Shown piece after piece: positions 1-14,419 of a stretch of DNA of 64,000 nucleotides. A program made the position numbers and the translations under genes. The DNA is from the human T2T-CHM13v2.0 reference genome, Homo sapiens. Within the stretch, counting starts at the first letter, position 1; each line of letters begins with the position of its first letter. The notes beneath the pieces are model-generated. The model did not search any database. It had not been told where the DNA came from and was given only the letters and a program-made list of their open reading frames with translations. The stretch lies in assembly GCF_009914755.1 (NCBI RefSeq), contig NC_060929.1, one strand, 5' to 3'.

Positions 1-560
1 TCGTTGCTATGTTTGTGGCTGCCTTCCTACTCACAGCTCTCATCTTCAGGAACTGCTTCCACCCACTAATCGCCTCCCCCAGCGATGTTTGCATTACATA
101 AATGGTGTATCCATCCAAGCCCCAACTGTTTAGATCAGGAGTGGACGTCTCATCTGAGCTGGAAAAATCAGAACCCTCTCTTTGGTTTGGGAACAGCGAG
201 TAATTGAGAGCAGCCAGCTGTGGGCTGTGGAGCTGGAAGGTTGCATAGACTCAGGTCTGAGGCTATTATCTGGTCCTTGATGGATGAATGGAGAAAGCTT
301 TCTGCTAAGAGAATCAGGAAAGTGGGGACAGATATAAGAGAAAACCAGAGAGGAGAAAGTTTATGGCCCGTAAGAAATGATGAGAGGTCCTGGGAAGATG
401 AATTTTCCAGTTCCTGAGACCAGGCTGTGCTGAGCACTCTGCACTTACACTCTTGAGATGCCCACATTCTTACATGATGACGCTCCAATTCCCAACCCCT
501 TCCCGACCGGCTTAGGCAACTCTCTCTTCTGTGCAGGCAAAGAAGCTGTGATGAAAACAC
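1..560 (+). mobile_element. Old ERVL/MaLR-type LTR fragment (LTR33/LTR16/MLT1-like)
   Basis: Degenerate LTR-like body and 3' end (...cttaggcaactctc...aaagaagctgtgatgaaaaca); subfamily uncertain. Confidence 0.4.
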
Positions 561-699
561 TGAACTTCAGCAGGAAGTGATCTATATCCTTGGTCTACAA
601 ATGTTTTTGCTCACATAGTTGCAGAATTTTTAGGAACTATGTACCCCTACACATTTTCAAGTCGATATCTAAAATTTTTATCTTAAGTTTAAATGTCAT

Positions 700-860
700 A
701 GCCCATAGAATCTAATAGTCCATTGATTGCAAGATATATTTCTTTCACAGTATTATGAACAGATAAGAAAAAATAAATGCTTACCATTTTTATAAGATAC
801 ACCCCAATTTAACAGATGTTAAAATGAAAAATATGTCCCTTGGAATCACTGAAATGTGAA
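700..860. mobile_element. MER104-like TcMar non-autonomous element
   Basis: ccaatttaacagatgttaaaatgaaaaatatgtcccttggaatcactgaaatg resembles the recalled MER104/Tc2 terminal sequence. Confidence 0.5.
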
Positions 861-1238
861 CATTAAGGATATAATCCTTATACATTATAAATATTGACAT
901 TAAAAAAAGCCTGCTACATTATTCTTTTAACTGTGTCCAAAGAATCTAAATACTATAAAGATTTAATATTCACATGATCCAGTTAGAAAATATACTAGAT
1001 GAGCATGATGTACTCTGACATTTGGAAAATTTAAATCTTTTTCCCCCTTGAATCTAGATTTTCAACCTATTACCATACAAGATTTAATCTAAATGTATAT
1101 AAGGTATTTATGTAAAAATATAGTAGTCTTTAAACCTTTTACTTATTCCCCTATCATACATTTTTTGTATACATACAAGAAAAATATGCATATGAACTGG
1201 AAATTTGCTTTATTCTCTGTATTCATAAGGCTGTAAAT

Positions 1239-1437
1239 CTGCACTATCCCAATATGGTAGCCACTAGCACCTGTTGCTATCTAAATCTAAATGAACAAAA
1301 ATGAAAAAGTTAAAAACTTAGTTTCCCCATATTAGTCACAAGAGCCCGATAGCCACAGTGGCTAGTCAGTAGTTGATGCGTGGATACAGATAGAAAACGT
1401 TAGTATTGATGCAGGACATTCTATTGAACAGAGCTGC
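1239..1437 (-). mobile_element. MER3 (hAT-Charlie MITE)
   Basis: ctgcactatcccaatatggtagccactagc ... ttctattgaacagagctg termini. Confidence 0.75.
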
Positions 1438-1667
1438 TCTAAAGGTTAAAAATTTCTTTCAGATACACTTATTATTTTACTTCTTATAGGCATTCAATTG
1501 ATCAAAACAACCTAAACATATAACATAATTTTATAAATAATGTAATTGACACAAAGAGAAAACATTTTAAGGATTTGTGGCTTCTCATCAAATAAATGGA
1601 GCAGAATTTTTGTTTTGTTTTTTAAGTAGTTTCATGTGTTGTGTGACTTATTTCTAGAATAAGATAG

Positions 1668-2026
<359 letters not shown>

Positions 2027-2326
2027 GAGAAGTTTTCTTCATACAAATAAGGAGATAATGAAGAACTTTATCACATTTCACTTCTTTGAACTTTTCCTGA
2101 GCCAAAAAAAAAAAAAAAATCACATAATGATCTATCATCAAAATTTATATTTAAGGATAATTTAGCTGACAACTTTATTAGGTACTTCAGTTCTGTTCAA
2201 ATCAAGGATTGGAAACCACTTTGCTTGCAAAATAATTTGGCATTATAGCCATCTGCTGTCTCAATTTCTGGTAAGTCCCGTATATCAAAAACATACCAAG
2301 ATTTATTAAATGATCATCAGTTGAAC

Positions 2327-2633
2327 TTTTTGAGACAGGTCCTCCCTTTGTTGCCTAGGCTGAAGTGCAGTGGCATAGTTATAATTCATTACAGCCTTGA
2401 ATTCCTGTGGTCAAGTGATCCTTTCCCCTCAGCCTTCCAAGTAGCTAGGGCTACAGGCGCATGCCACCACACCCAGCCAATTGTTTTAAATTTATATTTT
2501 ATTTTTAGTAGAGATGAGGTCTCACGATGTTGCCCGGCTGGTCTCTTGAACTCCTGGGCTCAAGCTATCCTTTTTTTGGCCTCCCAAAGTGCTGGGATTA
2601 CAGATGTGAGCCATCGAGTCATCATACCTGGCC
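2327..2633 (-). mobile_element. AluJ
   Basis: Diverged antisense Alu with J-type features; flanks tgaactttt / taaactttt. Confidence 0.9.
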
Positions 2634-3092
2634 TAAACTTTTATTCTTTCACTTAGAGGCACTCTATTTCACTATATATATCTATATATATATTTTAAGT
2701 TAGGAATATATTACTGGCTTTATTATATTTTTGCCAATACTACCTTTTTGTGCTAAATGTTCTTTTCTTATGCTTTAAATACATATTTTTTTTTTCCAGA
2801 AGCCGAAGCTACAAACTCATTTAATTATGGGAAATGTTGGTCATGAACTCTAATTGGCAAAGTCCAAATTAACATTCCAACAAATTAGCCAAATTAGAAT
2901 TACTTCCTGTCAAAAAAAGTATGACTTCAATTTTCAACAAACATGTTAATATGTTTTATCAAATATTATAAGATCTAAAGAGAAATTATGAAATGCATCT
3001 TGTAAGACAAGTCAGGTCAAGATTAAAATGATGACAAATATAATTAGCTCATTTTTATAATGTAAATACAGAATTATAAATATGTCTTTTAA

Positions 3093-3382
<290 letters not shown>

Positions 3383-4836
3383 TTATGCTGTTCTAATTGA
3401 TAATAATGCAAGGTAATTTGTAGGTAAGATAATAAGTTATATATGACACAAGGAGTTCCAAAAATTTATTGGTAATTGTCATAACTTTTGGTAAACTTAT
3501 GTGCATGTGTGTCTCAAACTCTGACTTTTAGGAGAAAAGGTAGAATCATGTATCAAAAAATAGCTGTATTAATTTCATTAGACATTCACCCTTATATTTA
3601 ATGAGAGAGAAAAGTATATACCAGTAAAAGCTAATTATTTGGCAGCTAGCATATAATTAATTTTTTGGAAATATGAGATAGAAAATATTTAACATTAGAT
3701 GAAATAAGACAAAAATTGACCATAGTTGGGATATATAGCTCATGATATAATTTGATAAAATACATTTTAGATATCTTACTAAGCATATACATCCAATGTA
3801 AAAAAATTATTAAAATTATCCAAGAGTTTTCTAGTGTATTTTGAAGATCATAGTAATGCAGAAAATACTCCATTTACATTTGAAAGAATAAACACAGAAG
3901 TCTATACTATTTTGACTATTTGTGTTTTTCTTTTTAGGGTCGTGACATTCCAGGGAAGACTTTGAGAATAGCTGATTATTATAACTTTTATTTAAATATG
4001 GGATGGGGGAAAAGCTGTTTCTGGAGTTCAGTAATTTTCTGTGCTCTTTGGTTTGGGGCCCTGGGACTCTTCCTTGGAAATAAGGTATTCTGACCATAGC
4101 TGGGGGACAGAAGAAGAAAAGTAATAAAAAGTCATTATTCTATCAAACTGTTCCACCATAGATCTGAGTTTAGAACATCCAGGTGTGGGCCAAAATGCCC
4201 CTAGAGCTGGGGAAGACTGGAGTCCTAGGGGTTTCTGGTGCCCAAAGAATGTATCCCCTTTGTTTGGTGCTCTGGGAAAGCCTTATCACTGCTACTAGGA
4301 TCCAGAGTAAGATTCGAGATGTGTGAGCAGTTGGCCTCTCTTTTATACAGACCAAAGGGCTTTGGGAGATACAGGCATGTTCTCATTCTTGGAGCAAGTT
4401 AAATTTTAGGAAAAAGTACAGGCAGAAGTTAAAGATCTGGAAAAAAAATATTCTCTAAGAACTACATGTGATCATGTAGCTTTTGGGAAGTGTATCTGTC
4501 TGAAAATACTAGTCCACATGTGCATTTCCAAAAAAATGAGATTTTTCTTTTTTTTACAAACTATATTATTAAAACTGTTAGGACAGCATTGAAGGGACTT
4601 TCAAAAAAGGAAAAAATTACAACTTCACAGGCCTTAAACAACTATTCACATTGTCTCCTGGGCTTCCATCATTCATGTACACACTTCTGAATAATGATGG
4701 TCTTAGAAATCTGAGATTTTGTATTCTGATTTTCCTATTGTCTTTTTGACATAATGCTGAGAAATATTCCAAGTTGTACTCAGAGCACATAAAACCACTA
4801 TCAATGATAGTCCATGTGTCTATGCTAATAAGACCT

Positions 4837-5299
4837 TGTATTTGTTTTGTATCATAGCTGTAACAAATTATCACAAAATTAGTGGTTTAAAACACCACAC
4901 ATTTTTTATCTTATAGTTCTGAAGATCAGAAGTCCGAAAATCAAGGTGTCAGCAGGACTGTGTTCCTTCTGGAGGCTCTAGGGGAGAATCGTTTTTCAGC
5001 TTCTAGAAGCCACTTGCATTCCTTAGCTCATGGCACCTCCTTTCATTGTCAAAGCCAGTAGGGCACCATTTTCAAATCTCTCTTCGATCCATCTGATTCT
5101 TCTATCTGCCTCTTTTTTATTCATAAGAACCCTTGTGACTGCATTGATTTCACCTGGATAGTCCAGGCTCCTCTCCCCATCTCAAAGCCAGCTGATTAGC
5201 AACCTTAATTCCATCTACAGTCCTGTAGCCTAACATACTGAAAGGTTCCAAGGATTAGAACACAGACATCTTTGGGAAGCCATTATCTACCTCCTACAA
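4837..5299 (-). mobile_element. MLT1 (MLT1C/D-like) MaLR solo LTR
   Basis: gctgtaacaaattatcacaaaattagtggtttaaaaca...gtgtcagcagg...gaggctctaggggagaatc...cattatctacctcctaca. Confidence 0.85.
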
Positions 5300-6329
5300 A
5301 CCCTAAAATCAGCTTAAGTGTCACTAAATTCCCCTTTTATTTCTGGGAAAATAAAAGAGGACCATTTGGTGTTGTTATCATTCCATGTTGTTTGCCTGCC
5401 AACAATGCACTGAGCTGTCCACAGAAACATAATTTAGGAGCAGTCTTTGCTCAATGTGCTCAAAAAATATGATTATTGTTAGTATTTTCATTATTTAACA
5501 TTTATTGAGCACCAACCATGCACTAAGTACTCTTCAAAACATACAATTAGTCATGGTTGATGCCCAAAGGGCTTACTATTTCAAATTAGAAAGACACATC
5601 TAAAATTAGATGCTAACATTTACAAATAGCAATGCTTTGTGAAAGAACTGAATATCCCAGACAATTCAAATATAGTGCTTCATATTATGTGTTCTCCAAA
5701 CTCATCTGTATTCCCATGAGACCTAGAAACGTATACTCACCAGAAACTTTATGTAGACAGGAAAGAAATTATTGTATACATGCTACTTATAAGCAATGTT
5801 TTAAAAGTTTGGGACAGCTGCATTGTGCTCTTATTTCAGATCTTGTGAGGGATTAGATCTTGTGAGCGATAGTCTTTTTGTGTTCTATGGTTAATAGGAC
5901 TCAGCTAGAAGCAGAAAATATCTCATAAACGATGCACAGTATAAAATTTAATTGCTACTGGAGAAAGAAATTTTCAAAAACTGCTGTTATGAATGACAAG
6001 CCAAGCTCCTACAGACCCATGATCATTTGGGAGACCGTTTCACATTGTACCTCAAGAGCCAGGAAGCCATTTCTACAGTTTAGAAAATTGACCCAACCTT
6101 CATGTTAATGCCTTATGTTGGCTGGTTGAAGTATAAACATGTATGTACTACTTGCTCTGAGTTTACACTGCTTCTAATGAGTTTCCCTGGCAGTAACATG
6201 TTCCATGTACTATTTACAGGGAAGAGGATTGGCAGGGGGGAATTCAGTTTATGCACTTGCCCTTTTTTTGGAAAATGGAAATATATTTACAATAGCATTT
6301 AATATGCTGTTGTAGTTTCTTTGATGAAT

Positions 6330-6450
6330 TCTAGGGACAAAATCACCTCATTAATTTAATGATGAACAACTGAGACTCTGGTAAGGTGAATTAAGGTCAT
6401 AAAACTAATTGACATCAGAGCCAGAACTAGAATCATATCACCTGTGACCC
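6330..6450 (-). mobile_element. MIR fragment
   Basis: Degenerate MIR core: atgaacaactgagactctg...gagccagaactagaatc. Confidence 0.5.
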
Positions 6451-7084
6451 TCAGTGGACGTTTTACCATTTCACCTGATGCTCACTGTCTGCCTCTTACC
6501 CTGACTCTCCCTAGGTCTCCTCCTCCCTCCACCGCTATATACCCTTTGCCTATAACTCTTTAGGAGAAGAGAGTTTCAGTAATGCCATGTGTCTGTTATC
6601 ATTGTTTTTTTCCCAGATGTTTTGTTCTAAGTTGTCAAGTAGACTGTGGAAACATCAACCCACAGCTGCAAGAAATAGCCCAAGTCATAATGTTCCCCAA
6701 GAACAATGAGTGACATGACTGTCCCCAGTCACAATGGTTGATGAAGATTTGAGCTTGCCCGGATGAGCCAGCCAGTTAGCACTCTGGGCACAGGCATGGG
6801 TGGAGGCCTCAGCCTGTTCTCACTCCAGAGGATGGGGCTGCCATGTTAAGCAGCTCCACCAGAACAGGCCATCAACGTGTATTTTTGGTGTGTGGATGTG
6901 TGGGACAGATTGTTATCTAAATTAAATAACTTAGTGTTCATCCAACCATCTTTCCAGAATGAGAGTAGCAGATGGAAAGGCTGGAATGTGGCTCTTTGTT
7001 TCTAGGGACCAGTGCCCTTGTTGAAAGGACTCTCCAGAACCAGTTTCAATCTTTCTATGCTTTCACCACAGGCTGAGCATGAAC

Positions 7085-7240
7085 TCCACCTTATCAAGTC
7101 AACCTTTAATTTCCTCAAATGTAAAATATAGGTGATTTTGTATCTACCTAATAGTTCCATGAGAGAATACAGGAAAAGCATCTATAAAAAAGATCAGACA
7201 TATATTAGTGTTCAATAAATGATCCTATTCTTATTATTAT
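7085..7240 (+). mobile_element. MIR fragment
   Basis: tttcctcaaatgtaaaat...tcaataaatgatcctattcttattatt. Confidence 0.55.
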
Positions 7241-7774
7241 TCCTGTGATATATATCAAATAGAGCAACTCATTAAGTGCCTGGTCCGTAGAGGGAGCAAT
7301 ACAGGGCAATGACTAAGATATAGGCTTTGTCTTCAAGAAGCTCTCAGTCAAGCTGCAGAGGCTCTATTATAAAAGATAAAGATCATTTGGAAACACATTA
7401 GAAGAAGCTGTCAAAGTAGGTGGTAAATATCTGGGGAGGTAGGAGGAAAGAAAGGATCAAGCAAGGAAAAGAACCAATGGCCTACAGAGAGATGGTATCT
7501 CGTATGCATCTCCAATGCCTAAAACAGCTCATGATCCTCTAAGAGTTTAGTGGCATGTAGATTCTCAATTGCATAATTTTTTTTTTTACTGTGAGCCAAG
7601 TGGAACAACTAGGTCTAGTTTTATTAACTTACTATGTCATGGAGAATGAAGGAAAATCACTTTGTACCATGTCCCCACTGCCTATAAGTCAGGTCTAAAA
7701 TAGGTTTTTGAAGAAGGTAGGTAGTTCCAGGCAGTCACTAAACATATTTTGCTGGATCCTCTAAGGAAATTTTG

Positions 7775-8090
7775 TTAACTGACAAAAATATAATTTGGGT
7801 CACATAGGCAATTCCAAATTTTCTACTAGCCACATCAAAAAAAGGAAAAACAAGCAGGTGAAATAAAATCTAATAATACATTTTATTTAACTCAATACAT
7901 TTTAAGAATATTATAATTTTAACATGTAATCAATACAAAAACTATCAACGAGATTTTGCTTTTTTTGTACTAAGTCTTTGAAATCCAGTGAGCAAACTAC
8001 ACTTACAGCATCTCTCAATTTATACTAGCCACATTTTAAGGGTTCAATAACCGTATGTAACTAGTGGCTACCATATTGGACAAGTGCAAA
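7775..8090. mobile_element. MER33 (hAT-Charlie)
   Basis: tttttgtactaagtctttgaaatccagtg...ctagtggctaccatattggaca terminus. Confidence 0.8.
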
Positions 8091-8829
8091 TCTAAAAGTC
8101 TTAGTGAAATTAGAGATTAAAAGAAAAACATACTTGAAAATATTTCAGAAAATAAATTCAGATACATAGGTTGGAGGATGCTGTACAGCACACGGTTTTC
8201 TGATGGCAGAGTGCACTGAGTTTGTTTCAGTAACCGCTGCTCCAACAACTTTTAAAGAATAAGGGCAAACACAAATCCAGTCTGAGGACTTGCTTGACAT
8301 GGTGATTAATTAAGACATATGGGTGAGCATAAAGCAAGATTTCCTCCTACAATCCGTCTTCTACTGACCTTCATTAAGGACAAAGAACATTTTAATGGAT
8401 GAAGCCTTCACCTTTAATAAGCCTTTACTCTGTTATTTCCTATGGAACCATGCATTAGATTAACAAAACAATGGTAGCTGGCTAATGACAGAGCTGTGGT
8501 CAGAACCCCAGGGATAGCCTATGTCACTATTAGCGCCTCAAGGCAAAATGTCACTTGGGCCACCTCTTCCAATCCAATCAAGAAGACTTTGACCTATAAT
8601 TGCATTCAGAGAGTTCAAGAGCTCAAGAGGTTACAGATGGGGTGAGCGGGCCCATGCTTTGCATCATCAGATCAGCTTGAGGAAAGAATGTATGAGAGCA
8701 TAAACAGGGACCGATATGGGCAAGGGGAAGGCATATTTGTTTCCTGTTTGCAGATGATATTTGGAAACAAAACAAATATTCCTGTTTATCATTGACTACT
8801 TAGGAGAGGTATATTTGTTTATTGTTTAT

Positions 8830-9010
8830 ATACATTTTTATTTTGGAATAATTTTAGATTTACAAAAAAGTTCCAAAGATAATGCAGAGAAACACTGTAC
8901 CTTTCATCCAATTTCCCTTTACATAGGAAGTGTCATACATATGTCAAAACCAAGAAATCAACATTGGTAACATTACTACTAACTAAATTCCAGCTTTTAT
9001 ATTGCATTTG
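8830..9010 (-). mobile_element. L1M (L1MB/MC) 3' end fragment
   Basis: ataattttagatttacaaaaaagtt...aaaaccaagaaatcaacattggtaacattactactaactaaa. Confidence 0.7.
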
Positions 9011-9699
9011 TTTTTTTCTATCTGCAGCTTTAAATCTCAGTAGGAAGAATTGTATAAAACAATAAGATATCAAAGCAATTTTAAACAGATAACCTCTATC
9101 TTGTAGAGAGTAGGGATAGAGATGAAAGATAGCATGAGGCAAAGTGGTGATATTAATCCAGCAACTTACTTTTCCTACCATGGATTTTTAGATGAACTTT
9201 GATCATTCTGATGCAGATCAAAGGGTACCTCCTCTGCGAAGACTTCCCTGGTCTGACACCAAAAATGCTGATATTGGAGTTGTCAGCCGAAAGAAAGGGA
9301 CCAGAATATTCTCAAGGAGCAATTTTTAAAGCTTCCCCTCCCCTACTCCTTGCTACCTTCCAACTCATGTTACTGAATGTGCTTCCAGAAAGCATCTCTG
9401 AAGGTTTTATGCATGAAGAGTTTGTGCTGGGTCTTTTGCCTTTTGAATGATAGGAATTGCTGAAGCTATATATCCCTGAAAATGTCCAGTTTAGGAATCA
9501 TCAGGGATAACACATCTTAGCACATTTAGGTAAAGCTATTCATATTCAAAAATGAGTTTGGGGGGAATTGGGCTTACTCAGTTTACCTCTGACCAAATTT
9601 AACAAATAGGAGGAGCTGCCACAAATTTGGCACTGAGCTGGCTATGGCTTCACTGAGGATCACTCCTTTCTGAACACTGACACTCTAAATGATACTGTA

Positions 9700-10200
9700 G
9701 ATGTTTCTCTCTACTAAACTCTAAGTTCCTGATGATAGGGACTGTGAGAAATGTGTCCTAGTCTTTCTTAACCTTGGACCCTCATTGCCTGAAACAATCC
9801 CTAGAATTTAACAGATGCTCAATAAATGTTCTTGGGCCAAAAATGGACAAATATCTATTGCATGGATAGATGGTTGAATGAATGCATAACTGATGAGTAA
9901 TTCCTCATCTCTGCCTTTAGGGGCTTACTCTCTGGAAAGAGATAGCGAGAAACACCCAGGTGATTATATTGCACGGTGGAATGAGGTAGTAAGTGCTGAG
10001 AGAGGTGAACATGCTAAAGAAAATGCTGTTTAGGTTCCAAGAAGGTGAGAACTACAGCCCCTTGGAAAATAAGCAGAGGTAAGCTGTACTTGAGATTGTC
10101 CAGGAAGGATGCATAGGATGTTGTAATCAGGGGTAGGATGGGAAATAAATAAGAACATTCCTGTCTGAGGGAACAGAGCACACTAACCCAGCAAGGTGGG
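9700..10200. mobile_element. L2 fragments
   Basis: L2 3' end signature gctcaataaatgtt...gaatgaatg, followed by an opposite-strand L2-like stretch. Confidence 0.5.
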
Positions 10201-10564
10201 AAATAAGGAACGCTTAGCATTTAGTTTAGAAAGCTTATGTGGCATGTGGAAGTAAGGGAAAATAAATGAAATTCATACGCTGAATTTCCACATTATGCAT
10301 ATCCTTGAATGCCTCTGTTTGCCAATTTGGAAGCGATGACAGACACAGATAAATCATGAAGAGAAGCTGTCTTGGGATGGAGGTAAGTGTGTTCAAGTAC
10401 ATCTTCCAAGAACATATTAGGTCTGAGAAAAATATTAGAACTGCAGGAAAGAAAAAAGCATTGTGATAATATGATGATACCGTTTAGTCATTAAGTTCTA
10501 TGGTGACAAACCAGAGCTTTCCTATGTTTGTAATGTAGGAGGCTATGCTGTGATTAAATCATTA

Positions 10565-10931
<367 letters not shown>

Positions 10932-12083
10932 AAGCAATTGAAATAGCAGTTTTTGAACCTAATACTTTTTCTCTCCATGTTCCTTTAACAGTTGCATGAT
11001 CAAGCTGACTTGAGGGTTCTGAACAGAAGCTGACCAGTCTACTGCACATTGTAAAGAAGTTAAAAAGCTGGATTGAATTGCAAAATGTACTACTCAAGGA
11101 GTCCAAAGAATAAAATATGAGCAGCTTGTGGGGGTAAAGCATTCGTAGGTATAGTATAGAAAAGGTCCATGAGCATCATGTCAGTGTCTTTTAACTTTCC
11201 ATTGCAGTGGAATAATCCTTTATGCGTTTATGAAAATCTTTGGAAAAGAAGCCACGTCACTGGGTGGTTCCTACTTATTTTCCTCTCCAGGGGCCTTTGC
11301 TGCTCTTGCTGGGTGCCTCAGTTGCTAGCTTTGTGAGTAGTAATGCCCCACTGTTCCCAGCTCCTTGCTTGCTGGGTGTGAGGACAGAGGCTATCATAGC
11401 AATAATTGCTGGATGTTCTGTGTTTGCACATCTGTGGTGGCCTTCTGAATTGAGTTTCGTGCCAGAGCCAGGCAGCGCCTCCCTACCCCACCCTCCCACT
11501 GCCCCTTTATTTTCTGTGTCACACCATTAAAAGAAATGAGATTATGGCACAAATCATCATTCATATGACTCTAGCATAGAAGGTTAGCGAGATATTGCAG
11601 AGATAATTCCATAGCCACCATGGCCCCTGACAATAATTACAATGTGGCCACAGGGGATTACCTTCTAATAGGCTTTTGTTCACTCAATTCAGAGTCTGTT
11701 GTGTGCTAGAGTTTGGATAATTAAAGTTGTGTCTCAGAAGCCACATGTGGTAGCTCATAATTATGTAGTTGAGTCTAACAGAAAACTGAGGTGACTGACA
11801 CCCGGCCAGAGTGAAGAACAGGGGTCCTTGGTGACAACGAAGAAAGAAACCAGTCCCCTCATTTGGGGACAGGGGATTGGTGTTCACTCCATAGCATCAA
11901 CTGCTTTATTTATTTTAAACAAAAATGACTAATTATAGCCCTTTCTGGTCCAATCCCTCACTCTCCACGGGGACTTTTCCTAACCCTTTCCTATTGCTCC
12001 AACAAAAGAATGGTAGCTGGTCTGAGCAATGAAGAAAATATACATGGCTTATTTAAACAGCATAATGGTTTAATTATTTAATC

Positions 12084-12107
12084 ATTTGCATGTTGAGTGA
12101 TTTGCAT
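12084..12107. promoter_or_regulatory. Paired octamer motifs (ATTTGCAT x2), candidate enhancer
   Basis: ATTTGCAT at 12084-12091 and 12100-12107 in apparently unique sequence; TAATTA just upstream. Confidence 0.3.
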
Positions 12108-14242
12108 AAAAGCAGGAAAAGGCCCATGTTGGAATTTGGCCTGTATCTCCCCCTGTTCCTCACTGGAGAAAAGATTCTGAAACTTGGCCTCGTTGAAGCC
12201 CTTGAATTTTAGAAAAAAAATGTGAACTTTGAAAAACTTAGATTTGTTATTTCAAGGATGCAATATTTGAAAAGAAAACAAATCCAAAGACTATATCCCA
12301 TTGGGCCATATTTCTCAAGTCAGTCGATGGCTGTCAAAGAAGCAAAGTAGTTAATTTTCCCTGTAAAGTATGCCCTTGAAAAGCCATTCTCCTAAGTATA
12401 GGCAGAATGCTTTGCTAAGTGGGTGCCTTTTCAGCATTCTAAGACTGGGTCCCACATTTTCTAACGATTCATTGTGAAAGAGATGGCTATTTTACCATTC
12501 TGCTTAAAATCTGAAACTTTAGTTCAGCACATCTCTTATCTTAAATCCTTGGAATGTTTAGAAGATTCTTGCAACGCACTTCTAAAAGGCTCTGAATTTC
12601 TGAGCCTTAAAAGTAAAATTCTGCTTTGTTCCAACATAAGACATTTTTCCTCCAAGTTTTGCCAGGTAGAGAACAAACCCCTTCATTTTTTTCAACACTG
12701 TTGTCTCTTTTAAAGCACAGCAAATTTATTCTTCACCCAATGTGGAAACAACAATTGATATTCAAAACGCTACCCTTTCCTAAGGCTTTGCCTTCATGAA
12801 AATGAAACATATTTCGTACTGAGCACCATATGGTGTTTGTGAAGAGTGGACACGCAGATGCCTCCTAATTAAAGCATTAAAGTTTGTCATGAGAAATGGC
12901 AGCACAGATGATTTTGGCTGGGCGTGTGGGAGGGGGTAGGCAGGAAGGGGTCCCAGAGAGTGGATGAAGTGGTAGGCTGACTCCCAGTTTTTTCAAACAC
13001 ACGCTCTGATTGGTCCTCAGGGAGCAGATAATGGCAAGAGGCAGTTAATTTGAAGATAATTGAGAGATCTCTTTCCTGTCTTCACACAATAAAAAAAGGT
13101 GTCGGGCCTCAGCTGGCAGTTGCACTCTGGCAGGAAGAAAAGGGCTCGAATTGGTCTGTGAAAGCTGCCACCTCCTTTTCACTTCTCACACAAAGCTGGG
13201 AAACCCCTTTCCTATCCTACACCCCTCCTTCCCCCATGCCCCCAGCCGTGCACCCATGTTTATTGTTTCAACACATCAGACCATAAATAAGTTTCCAGAG
13301 GGAGAGAATATTGGAGGACAAGGGAAGTTCTATTCTTCTGGAAAACATGAGCTGTGCCTCTATAAACACTACCTCCCAGACAGGCTGAAGAGAAGCATCC
13401 CCTCAGATGGGGGTTTACTGTGAGATGATGAACTGGTTTTTTGAGCCACTTTTTCCCCTTTCTCAGCATCTCTGGTACTATGTGCCAAGCTGTTCTCGAA
13501 CCCATGCAGTCTAGAAACCCGGAGGGACTTTCTCAGGTTAAGGGGAACATTCATCTGCCCACCTCTGTGTAGATGGTAGATAGAAGCTCTTGAGGTGTCA
13601 TGTGGTAGGAACGGTCTTAAGCTGGGTTCACACTTGCCTCAGCAAGTCACACTGCAAAAGGGAAGAGGTAATCACATGTGAGGGGCTTTTGGTTTGTTTG
13701 TTTTTTAAGGAAACTCTCCCTCTGGCCTGCTAAACTTCCCAGCTCCTTTTTTATATTATAGCGCAGCTTGCTTATAAATTCTAGGAAAATCTTAAGTCGG
13801 CACTTAAAATAATCTTTTTTAAAAAACACACCCACGTGAAGAATTACTGGAAATTAGGATTACATAAGTGTGAAGAATGTTGCTTTTTCCCTCAGAACTG
13901 GGAAACTTAATGTTGACAGGCTAAGGGAAACTTTAAAAAGTGAAAAGAGCTACAGTCATCAGTTTATTCCTTGTCAGTAAAGCCCCGAGAAAATGGATTT
14001 GATGGAGTGGGCAGAAAGGCAACATAAAGAGTGGCAGGGGCAATGCTGAATGAGAAAGCCATTCCAGGAAGCTAAATCAGCTAAGGAACAGGATGGTTTG
14101 GGGGTAATTAAAGGTAGCTACACAACTGGGTTTGCTAATCTGATTGAAAAAATTTTTCTGAAGTATATTTTTCAGTCATTCTGGTAAGTTAGGTCAAGTA
14201 AGTTTTTCTTCTCTCTGAGCAGTAGAGACTGTGATGGCCTCT

Positions 14243-14256
14243 CCACCAGAGGGCTG
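14243..14256 (+). promoter_or_regulatory. Candidate CTCF core motif
   Basis: CCACCAGAGGGCTG matches CCASYAGRKGGCRS at 13 of 14 positions. Confidence 0.35.
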
Positions 14257-14419
14257 CCTTCCAGTAAGTTCCTGGGGAGTACCTTGGAGGTATGAGTCTT
14301 GGCCTGTGTTGGCATTTCTGTGTTGTAATTACACAGAATGGGCAGAATGGGAAACCTAATAAAGTGCTGGGACCATTGAAATAAAGAATAAGACTAAAGT
14401 TAGAAACTTCTGTTTATCT

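Noticed and set aside
5838-5871. 17-bp tandem duplication (similar ones at ~21069-21120 and ~25125-25145)
   Set aside because: Ordinary slippage duplications with no evident function
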